Both the position numbers and the translations under genes were made by a program. A DNA stretch of 64,000 nucleotides from a virus. Each line of letters opens with the position of its first letter. Position 1 is the first letter of the stretch. Shown here in pieces: positions 57,191-64,000 of the stretch. Location: IMG/VR virus record IMGVR_UViG_3300017613_001944, positions 1-64,000 of that record; one strand, 5' to 3'. Under the pieces are notes generated by a model. The model ran no database searches. It was not told the origin of the DNA and saw only the letters and a program-made list of their open reading frames with translations.

Positions 57191-57593
57191 TCTGCACCTC
57201 CTGTAGAAAATCTGCAAACTGTTCGGCTTGCTCTTGGGTGAGAGATATAACAGTGTGTTTGTATCCGGGACGTACATCTAATCCCTCTATTGGAATTAGA
57301 TCTTTTATCTTGTCGCTTAGTTTCTGCCTTTCTCTTGATCTTTCTCTTGCTTTTTCGTGCTTTTTCTCTCTCTCTTCTACTAGCTCGACTTCCTTATCCC
57401 ACGTATGCTTTAGGTTGCGTGCAGGGATATTTCTCTCTGAGAGACTTCTGACATCCTGTACCCTTACACCTGGATATGTGTAATAACCCAGCTTGACACC
57501 TTTTTCTATTACCATCACTCTGTTTGGCTTCCAGTCGCCTCTCCATTTGCAGTAGGCGTACTCTTTCCCGACCTCTATATCTGTGTATCTCAT
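57180..57593 (-). CDS. Hypothetical protein
   Basis: SH3-like N-terminus plus coiled coil; ATGA coupling. Confidence 0.6.
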   Translation of the reverse strand: MRYTDIEVGKEYAYCKWRGDWKPNRVMVIEKGVKLGYYTYPGVRVQDVRSLSERNIPARNLKHTWDKEVELVEEREKKHEKARERSRERQKLSDKIKDLIPIEGLDVRPGYKHTVISLTQEQAEQFADFLQEVQNVR

Positions 57594-57697
57594 TTGGTCT
57601 CCCACTTATACCAGCCGCACATCTTGCAGCGATACCAACCGTCCCTCCACTCGAATGGCCTAGCACGTTTACATCCCTCACAGTACCAGATAATCAT
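57590..57697 (-). CDS. 35-aa Zn-ribbon peptide
   Basis: MIIWYCEGCKR...YRCKMCGWYKWETK; ATGA coupling both ends. Confidence 0.55.
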   Translation of the reverse strand: MIIWYCEGCKRARPFEWRDGWYRCKMCGWYKWETK

Positions 57698-57864
57698 TTA
57701 TCTTGACTCCACTCCGCCGCGACACAGGCTTCGTCAAAGAGCAGTTCCATCTGACAAAAGTCACACATCTCAAGATGTTCTACCCAGCAATCCAGACACA
57801 TATTGGATCTGAATGGATTCTCCATTCCCTCTTGCACATGCACACAGGTGTCTTCGCAGTTCAC
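57694..57864 (-). CDS. 56-aa Cys-rich peptide
   Basis: CEDTC, CLDC, CDFC; GTGA coupling. Confidence 0.5.
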   Translation of the reverse strand: MNCEDTCVHVQEGMENPFRSNMCLDCWVEHLEMCDFCQMELLFDEACVAAEWSQDK

Positions 57865-58286
57865 TGGCGCTCCTTTATAGCATACTCTTCAGATGTCTCT
57901 ACTACATATTCTGCGATGGCACTTCTCATCTTACGCATCGCCTTCCATAATGGGGTTTGATCTGCCGTACCCTCACTGCATTGGTACAGCCAGCTTCTCA
58001 GGAATTTGTATATTTGCATGGTTGTGACGTTAAGAGTGAATGCCCACTTGAAGTTGAGCTCCCTGAACTCACTTGCTTGCCCAGGGCCATATCTAGCATC
58101 GACGGCTCTGACATTCAGGTCAAACATATCATGAGCTAGTCTTGCCTCATCTCCGCTCTCAAGATGGTAACCAATGGGCTCCAGGATGGTTCTATAGCTG
58201 CGCTCAAAGTGAGGATCTCTCTGCTTGAGTATCAGCCAAGACACTACCTCATTGATAACTCTATCGTCCACTACAAAGGCGCTCAT
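57861..58286 (-). CDS. Hypothetical phage protein
   Basis: MSAFVV...N..AVDARY...YQCSEG. Confidence 0.65.
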   Translation of the reverse strand: MSAFVVDDRVINEVVSWLILKQRDPHFERSYRTILEPIGYHLESGDEARLAHDMFDLNVRAVDARYGPGQASEFRELNFKWAFTLNVTTMQIYKFLRSWLYQCSEGTADQTPLWKAMRKMRSAIAEYVVETSEEYAIKERQ

Positions 58287-58534
58287 TCTTGCCCCGCTAT
58301 CGTGTTCCAGTTCTCAAAGAAGTAGTCGTAATAGATACAGCCGTAGTATGCAAATGAGGTTGACATACTACCATCATCCTCCTCATCAGGGCGTGTCTCA
58401 AACCGAATGTCTATAAAGCGGTTGTCCTCCATGTTCTTGACGAACCAAGCCATGTCTTTCAGTAACTCGGCGGGGTCTCCATTCAAAAACTCTACACTCT
58501 TTGATCTGCCGTATCTATACGTTATCTTCGTCAT
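58283..58534 (-). CDS. Hypothetical protein
   Basis: GGAGGT RBS. Confidence 0.55.
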   Translation of the reverse strand: MTKITYRYGRSKSVEFLNGDPAELLKDMAWFVKNMEDNRFIDIRFETRPDEEDDGSMSTSFAYYGCIYYDYFFENWNTIAGQE

Positions 58535-58706
58535 CTAGCACCTCCATAAACTCAGGCCATAGGTGTACCGAGTACATGCTAACCTTGTCCCACAGCCCCA
58601 TCCTTGCCTTTTCTATTGCTACCTCTTTACTGAATGCGGATACGTGAAGGATAAACTCTCGCCGGTACTGTATCAGATATTCTTTTTGCAGCTTACTCTT
58701 CGACAC
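58515..58706 (-). CDS. Hypothetical protein
   Basis: Coupled ORF. Confidence 0.45.
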   Translation of the reverse strand: MSKSKLQKEYLIQYRREFILHVSAFSKEVAIEKARMGLWDKVSMYSVHLWPEFMEVLDDEDNV

Positions 58707-59118
58707 TCGGGTTTGTCCTTTCCATTTCGTAGAATGGACCTAGCTTGTTGGGATGCTTTCTAATTGTGAGAAACTTCTTCACATTCTCTCCTGCCCTCCA
58801 CTCCCAATAGTGAGACTCTGTCTCACATTTCCAGAAAGGTCCCTGACATCTGAATGGGAATGTCACTTCAATGTCATGTCCACACACTGGGCACGTTTCT
58901 GGAATATTCCGAATGAGAACCTTCCCTTCGACGCGGGTAGCTCTCTTCCCGCCGTCCTTGAGGTAATTCTCAACTGCTTTGATGTGCTTGCACACTGCAT
59001 ACTCTGTCCCGCCGCAACTGCACTTCTTATCGGTATTGACAGAGTGCATGTGCAGCATGGTACCATCCCACTCTGATGTGAAGTAGTGCCACGTTCTAGG
59101 CGTTACGTCTATCGTCAT
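58693..59118 (-). CDS. SWIM-like zinc-finger protein
   Basis: CSC...CKH plus CPVC. Confidence 0.6.
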   Translation of the reverse strand: MTIDVTPRTWHYFTSEWDGTMLHMHSVNTDKKCSCGGTEYAVCKHIKAVENYLKDGGKRATRVEGKVLIRNIPETCPVCGHDIEVTFPFRCQGPFWKCETESHYWEWRAGENVKKFLTIRKHPNKLGPFYEMERTNPSVEE

Positions 59119-59402
59119 GTTTTCTCCCAGCAGTCCCGGTATATGGGATTGTGGCTCACTATTCTTGCCTCTCCATCAAGCCCCTTCTCGATGATCTTAC
59201 AAGAGAACTTTGGCATATCTAGGATGCAGGGCCAGGTACCGTAAGAATTGTCATTCTTCCAGGCCAGGTACCTGGCTTGACTGTGGTTTCTGGCTATCAC
59301 CAACTCCGCTATGCAGTATGGCTCATAGTAGAATACGTTACCCTCACGGCATATCCACATCTTATCCTGTAGTTCTTCTGATAGCACGAAGTATAGATTC
59401 AC
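59115..59402 (-). CDS. Hypothetical protein
   Basis: GAGGAGG RBS, GTG start. Confidence 0.55.
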   Translation of the reverse strand: MNLYFVLSEELQDKMWICREGNVFYYEPYCIAELVIARNHSQARYLAWKNDNSYGTWPCILDMPKFSCKIIEKGLDGEARIVSHNPIYRDCWEKT

Positions 59403-59557
59403 TAGTCCTCCTCTTCGTCATCTTCTTCAAGGTCTTTACCGCCGCAGTTGGGACAGTAGCTAAAGTCCTGGTCATCCAGATCATCAGTCAGAGCAACCAG
59501 TTCGTCTGGTTCCCCTTGCCAAAGGCACTCATTGCATATCAGATACACAGTCATCAT
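59402..59557 (-). CDS. 51-aa acidic Zn-ribbon peptide
   Basis: CNEC...CPNCG, acidic tail; AAAGGA RBS; not in track. Confidence 0.55.
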   Translation of the reverse strand: MMTVYLICNECLWQGEPDELVALTDDLDDQDFSYCPNCGGKDLEEDDEEED

Positions 59558-59595
59558 ATTTCCTTTCACCCAACCCCCGCCGGAGGCGACAACGG

Positions 59596-60957
59596 TTACA
59601 CTATTGCAATCCCCTCCACAATACGGCGGTGCCTGGTCTCAATCCAGTAGTCCTTGTACTTCTCGCGTGGGTCTATGGTATGTCCATTCTCATCTACAAG
59701 GATGGTTGCTCTCGCCTTCCAGCACTTCCCTCTCATCATCTTGTTACCCATGGCGTCGATGAGGTTCATCGACCAGAGATGGATCATCGTTGACGCAATG
59801 TTTTGGACTACTGATCCACCAAACTGGGCGTCAGGTCCCCTCTCCTCCTCCTGCCGAGCCCCCTTGGTGTACTGGTTTAACATCACACCGACGTGATTGT
59901 TTCTGCTAACTGCTTGCAGAGTTTTTGAGAACAGGGATATGTACCTTTGGTACTCCCTCATATTGCTAGCTGCCTCGCTTTGTCCTACGATAGCGAAGGC
60001 GTGGTCTATTATCACTAGGCTTGGTTCTGTAATGGATGAGACGATTGATACTACTTCGTCCTCTCCACGGCTAGTCCTGTATATTCTTATTGGCAAATCT
60101 CCGTAGTACTCATCCCATAAGTCACGCACTTTCTTTAGATTGTTCTTGGTTCTGTATCCAAAGTCGTAGCGTATTCTCTGGGCGAAGCTGGCATCCAATT
60201 TGCCTGTCTGTAATAGCATACCCATCTTGATCTCGAGCTGATCCGTCTCTGCTGCAATTATCACAGTTGATACAGGTGGACGCGGCTTGAAACCTGGCGG
60301 GTCCATGATGGTTATACCTCTAACGTTGGCTGTCGCCATCTGGATAGCACCAGTAGTCTTACCTGCCCCCGGATCTCCCGCTATGAAGTGGAGTTCTCCC
60401 GACACTAAACGTAACCACTCATCAATGAACGGTATTCCGGTGAAGGTGAACCATCCATCGGCACCCTCCAACTGATCTGCTGGGTTGGTGGTGAGAGGAT
60501 TCCTCATCCTCACGTAGCGTGTACTGAGCCTGTCTAGCTCTGACTGAGAGACAACAATCCTCTCCTGGGGATCTGTCTCCTCATCGTAGGCTGATGTGAT
60601 TAGCTCCCTGCCCACCAGGATCTCCTCCCGGCGCACAGCCTTGCTGATTACAATCTTGATCCAAGTCTCCACTTCATCTAGTGGTACCTCTGGCGGCTCC
60701 TTCAATAGCTTCTGTACTTTAGTGTTCCACCTGTCTCTTATTACCAGGTATTCATACAGTGTCTCTGGTGTAACTACATCACCATCGTCCCTGAGTGCCA
60801 CGATGCCCTCCCACATCCAGCCAAGGTATATCCAGTGAAAATCTTCCACACTCAGCCCTCTTCCCTGAGCCATGGGGATCACTTTGTCTGGATAGGACAG
60901 CCCTGCTGTTACAAGTCTTCTCTCTGCCTCAATGCTACGTGGTTGTTCTCTTGGCAT
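59596..60957 (-). CDS. dnaB: DnaB-like replicative helicase (divergent)
   Basis: N-terminal P.SIEAERR...EDF, Walker A AGDPGAGKT, IIDH, LNQ, GGSVVQN. Confidence 0.8.
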   Translation of the reverse strand: MPREQPRSIEAERRLVTAGLSYPDKVIPMAQGRGLSVEDFHWIYLGWMWEGIVALRDDGDVVTPETLYEYLVIRDRWNTKVQKLLKEPPEVPLDEVETWIKIVISKAVRREEILVGRELITSAYDEETDPQERIVVSQSELDRLSTRYVRMRNPLTTNPADQLEGADGWFTFTGIPFIDEWLRLVSGELHFIAGDPGAGKTTGAIQMATANVRGITIMDPPGFKPRPPVSTVIIAAETDQLEIKMGMLLQTGKLDASFAQRIRYDFGYRTKNNLKKVRDLWDEYYGDLPIRIYRTSRGEDEVVSIVSSITEPSLVIIDHAFAIVGQSEAASNMREYQRYISLFSKTLQAVSRNNHVGVMLNQYTKGARQEEERGPDAQFGGSVVQNIASTMIHLWSMNLIDAMGNKMMRGKCWKARATILVDENGHTIDPREKYKDYWIETRHRRIVEGIAIV

Positions 60958-61334
60958 GATGCTCCTTCCTGTACTTTATACCAGTCAGCCCACTGCCCAC
61001 AGTAGCCGTGTCTCTTCTGCCCTGACACCGCCTCGCCGGGGTTAATTGGCTGTAAACATATCCAGCTATGCTTGACTGCCAGGTCCTTGTATTGCCAGTG
61101 ACAATTGCAGCAGCATTTCCCCAGTATCTCAAGTCTACACTCCGGGTCAGTGATACGCTTCTTTGTTGATCCGATCACGCGCCATATAGCACCCGACGCA
61201 CGCTCCTTAATCACCATCCCAATAGGCCAACAGCCTATTGACAGTGTCTCTGCGAAGTCTAGCTTACCAAACTTTGCCCCACTGTACATCCTGTCGGGGC
61301 AGTAGATCACCTTGAACGCATTACTTGTTGTCAT
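60909..61334 (-). CDS. Hypothetical Cys-rich protein
   Basis: GAGGAG RBS; CCCNC. Confidence 0.5.
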   Translation of the reverse strand: MTTSNAFKVIYCPDRMYSGAKFGKLDFAETLSIGCWPIGMVIKERASGAIWRVIGSTKKRITDPECRLEILGKCCCNCHWQYKDLAVKHSWICLQPINPGEAVSGQKRHGYCGQWADWYKVQEGASCQENNHVALRQREDL

Positions 61335-61940
61335 TTACTCCTCGACTATGAAGGTGTAACCGTATTGTCTGCTCTTGGCTAGTCCCAGTGAACGACCATT
61401 CTGGCGACCATCTCTGTTGTGCCAGTACACCAGGACAGGAGCATAGAGGATGAGATCATCTACTTCTTGATCCCGTTGACTGTATGAAAAGTTAATTATC
61501 TGTGAGTGGTGGACAAAGAACACAATATGTCCTTCGTCTCTCATTGTTCTTGCCAAGATCCCAGCGTACTCACTGGAGTCCTTGCTTGGTGGCTTGAGCA
61601 TTGGCTCCTTGCTAACCCCCAAGGGGTTTCTCTCCAGGCCACTGTAGTATTCCTCTACTTTGATCTTGGCTGTGGATGCTATCCTGCTCTTGTTCCATAT
61701 CTTTGGGATTGGATAGCTTAACCCGGCAGCTTGAATTGCCCACTGTGCTTCTTTTGATCGGTGTTCCCACTCGTGATAGGGGCAGCGCCGGGGCTCATTA
61801 TCTACGAATAGATTGGGCCATGTACCTTCTGCGTTATCACAGGCACACGTTGCTCTCTCTTTATAGAAATGTATATACGATAGGCAGATGCTGCGGATCA
61901 CGGGGGTCTTTATGGTGGCGTAATCAAAGGATGTTGTCAC
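61335..61940 (-). CDS. Hypothetical protein, possibly degenerate helicase loader
   Basis: N-terminal Cys/His cluster, upstream of dnaB; no Walker A. Confidence 0.45.
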   Translation of the reverse strand: MTTSFDYATIKTPVIRSICLSYIHFYKERATCACDNAEGTWPNLFVDNEPRRCPYHEWEHRSKEAQWAIQAAGLSYPIPKIWNKSRIASTAKIKVEEYYSGLERNPLGVSKEPMLKPPSKDSSEYAGILARTMRDEGHIVFFVHHSQIINFSYSQRDQEVDDLILYAPVLVYWHNRDGRQNGRSLGLAKSRQYGYTFIVEE

Positions 61941-62370
61941 CCACTTTCTCCTCTCTAATTCCTTGCTTACGTGCTTTCTTGTGAAGTGTGTTGATGGTGA
62001 AGGCCATGGTACCTCTGCCCTTGCGTTGCTTTACGCAGTAGTCTATGGTTCTACGTACATCAGAATCACTTAGCGTGGACACCGCCTCACTCCAGCGGTG
62101 GTACTGTGCGCCATTCTTGAATTTCTCTGTCCCTACTTGTTCCATCAGGTATATAGCTAGATCTGTTTCTGGAAAGAGGAAAAGTTGGTCCCACTCTTTG
62201 CTGTAGAGCCACACTACCCGCTCATCACACACTTCACATCTGTCTACCTGTTGTGTCAGTTGTTCCCCGCATTTGCAGTACCCCGTGTATTCGGATGCGA
62301 TGAACGGATCGTAGTGGTCCCCGAGTCCTCGTGTGATATTTCGTAAGTTGAGTGTTGTGTACTTCCGCAT
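61924..62370 (-). CDS. Hypothetical Zn-binding protein
   Basis: CKCG...CEVC. Confidence 0.55.
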   Translation of the reverse strand: MRKYTTLNLRNITRGLGDHYDPFIASEYTGYCKCGEQLTQQVDRCEVCDERVVWLYSKEWDQLFLFPETDLAIYLMEQVGTEKFKNGAQYHRWSEAVSTLSDSDVRRTIDYCVKQRKGRGTMAFTINTLHKKARKQGIREEKVGDNIL

Positions 62371-62454
62371 CTACATTTACACCTCATCGCTTCACTATAG
62401 GATCTGCACGGTTCTTTCCTTTGCTTGCCGCAGTTCAGACAAGTCACATAGATC

Positions 62455-63336
62455 TCAGGTGATGACAATTTCCACGCTCCCTTTCTTCCGACGGATGTCT
62501 GCTACTACCAGGTCCCACTCTACTTGCTGGCCCAGTAGTCTAACCGCTGGACCAATGCTATCCTTGTCGGCAAAGTGGACGACTATGAAAGCATCCTCTC
62601 CATTCACGTTCACACTGGCGTGACCAGGCTTGTCTCTCTGCTGTCGAAACTTGGTCCTCACCGCATCTCTCGTGGGGATCTTCTGTATTTCCTCGAGTAC
62701 CTTTGCAATCCTCTTGGGCGATTGCTTCTCTTTCACCATCCCACGGATAGCGGATACCGCCTCCATTGTCTTGCCCAGGTGCTCCTTGGTGAGGTTGTCC
62801 TCAATGGCTACGTCACCTGCATCCAGGTAGGGTACGATTTGTGACAGGGCTACCAACTCATAGAATCTACTGGTGCCCTGGATACCGGCATTCCTCATGA
62901 AGTCTTTGATGTCCTGCATCTTATCGGGGTACATCGCGGTGGGGGGATGGTATAACCATAGCTGCTCTCTTGCCACCTTGAGGACTACTGCTACTTGCAT
63001 CTGACCAAGACTGAGCTTGCGGTTCTCGATCTCGGTTAGCATATTCATTGCCACCTTGGATTGATATGTCCTCGCCTCAGCGTCTGGGTCATCAGCGGTG
63101 GCGGTGAGCTCTGCCTCTGCGGAGATCTCCAGATAGGTACGCTCTAGCTGTGTCATGCGTACTATTTCCTCTGCTGGCAGTTCTCCCATATCCACTTCTA
63201 AATACTCAGTACCCCCTCCCATTCCTGCCGCCTTCTTCGCTTCCTTCTCACTATCGTATAAGATGGGTGCGTTGTCCTCATCCGTCAATGTCAGACCCTC
63301 AAAGTCAAAAGCATGCCATCTGTCAACCTTTACCAT
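62455..63336 (-). CDS. Hypothetical protein
   Basis: 293-aa ORF, AGGAGGAG RBS. Confidence 0.7.
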   Translation of the reverse strand: MVKVDRWHAFDFEGLTLTDEDNAPILYDSEKEAKKAAGMGGGTEYLEVDMGELPAEEIVRMTQLERTYLEISAEAELTATADDPDAEARTYQSKVAMNMLTEIENRKLSLGQMQVAVVLKVAREQLWLYHPPTAMYPDKMQDIKDFMRNAGIQGTSRFYELVALSQIVPYLDAGDVAIEDNLTKEHLGKTMEAVSAIRGMVKEKQSPKRIAKVLEEIQKIPTRDAVRTKFRQQRDKPGHASVNVNGEDAFIVVHFADKDSIGPAVRLLGQQVEWDLVVADIRRKKGSVEIVIT

Positions 63337-63344
63337 AGCTCCTC

Positions 63345-63899
63345 CTATGTTGCTGGGTGTGTGTAAGGTACGGTGATCTTTCCGCCCTCGTAGACTAGCT
63401 TGTAGTGGTAGAACTGTGAGACAATATCGTATCGTACTATCGGGGATTCCTCTCCCTTCTTCAACCTAAAGGGGATTGACTTTTCGCCCAGGGATTCCAC
63501 CTCTTTCCAGAAAATCCATGGCACAAGATAGGCTGCAACTAGCGTGTCTTTACTCTTCTGTTTGTCGATGATCCCCAGCCCAATGTAGGCTATCTCCTCT
63601 ATCTTATCTAGCTTGTCCCTCTGGTCACTGGTGATACGCCCAAACGCAAATGACTTGGCATCCTTCAGCTTGAGAACCTTAGCCTCCATCGCCATACCCA
63701 CTCCCTGCTCACGAAGGAACAGGACATCGGGGACCCCGCTGGGCGGGACTATCAGGGTGCCGCACTTGTAGCACTTGGCGGCATCCCGTTGCTTGTACCA
63801 TTCATACCCATGCTCATGTAACCCGTGACAAATCTTCAGTCTGACAAACGCTTCGTCCATTGACTGCCTTGTACCTTCGTGCACACCCCACCTCTCCAC
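63345..63899 (-). CDS. RecU-like PD-(D/E)XK Holliday junction resolvase
   Basis: GVPDV, MEAK, F.RI..DQ motifs; start uncertain. Confidence 0.6.
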   Translation of the reverse strand: MERWGVHEGTRQSMDEAFVRLKICHGLHEHGYEWYKQRDAAKCYKCGTLIVPPSGVPDVLFLREQGVGMAMEAKVLKLKDAKSFAFGRITSDQRDKLDKIEEIAYIGLGIIDKQKSKDTLVAAYLVPWIFWKEVESLGEKSIPFRLKKGEESPIVRYDIVSQFYHYKLVYEGGKITVPYTHPAT

Positions 63900-64000
63900 A
63901 CTCTTCTACCAAGCCCTGCTCCTGCAACTTGAGGATGGTATGACGTGCACTACTTCGCCAATTGATCTCGTCCACTGCTTCTACTATCTCCGCCAGCGTC

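Larger units (their letters stand above)
1..64000. mobile_element. Segment of a tailed dsDNA bacteriophage genome (siphovirus-like); no ends, integrase or host genes visible
   Basis: Terminase-portal-scaffold-capsid-neck-tail tube-chaperone-TMP-tail tip-holin order on + strand; convergent recombination/replication block on - strand; no sheath gene seen. Confidence 0.95.

Noticed and set aside
1-64000. Genome-wide stop-codon reassignment (TGA or TAG)
   Set aside because: Long genes are intact under the standard code, and TGA/TAG end many genes with tight overlaps; only one in-frame TGA was found
1-64000. tRNA, rRNA or integrase/att sites
   Set aside because: None recognised by eye and intergenic gaps are mostly too short; a tRNAscan/Infernal run would be needed to exclude them fully

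Overview
The whole window reads as part of a tailed dsDNA phage genome, probably a siphovirus. It is gene-dense, uses the standard bacterial code (TGA ends many genes) and has GGAGG-type RBSs. The + strand (1-50365) is one long block. It opens with a ~13 kb glycan synthesis/modification cassette: glycosyltransferases, a nucleotide-sugar dehydrogenase, a GDP-mannose-epimerase-like enzyme, a sulfotransferase, four SAM-methyltransferase domains and two paralogous beta-propellers. It continues with terminase, portal, LamG-rich virion proteins, scaffold, capsid, neck, tail tube, tail chaperone with a -1 frameshift signal, a 2415-aa protein in the tape-measure slot, tail tip genes, a holin region and a metallophosphoesterase. 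The - strand (50298-64000) holds recombination/replication genes (RecA, Sak4-like AAA, Cas4-like nuclease, HNH-like, adenine MTase, DUF932-like, DnaB-like, RecU-like) and many tiny ORFs. The top finding is the tape-measure-slot protein, which appears to fuse an intact DEDDh exonuclease, a two-barrel (beta/beta'-like) RNA polymerase (RxP...GDFDKD) and a tape-measure body. Second is a small basic gene (25651-25884) missed by the ORF track, with a single in-frame TGA followed by a SECIS-like hairpin, i.e. a candidate phage selenoprotein. Two RNA-level switches are also visible. All family calls come from motif recognition by eye; no database searches were run.
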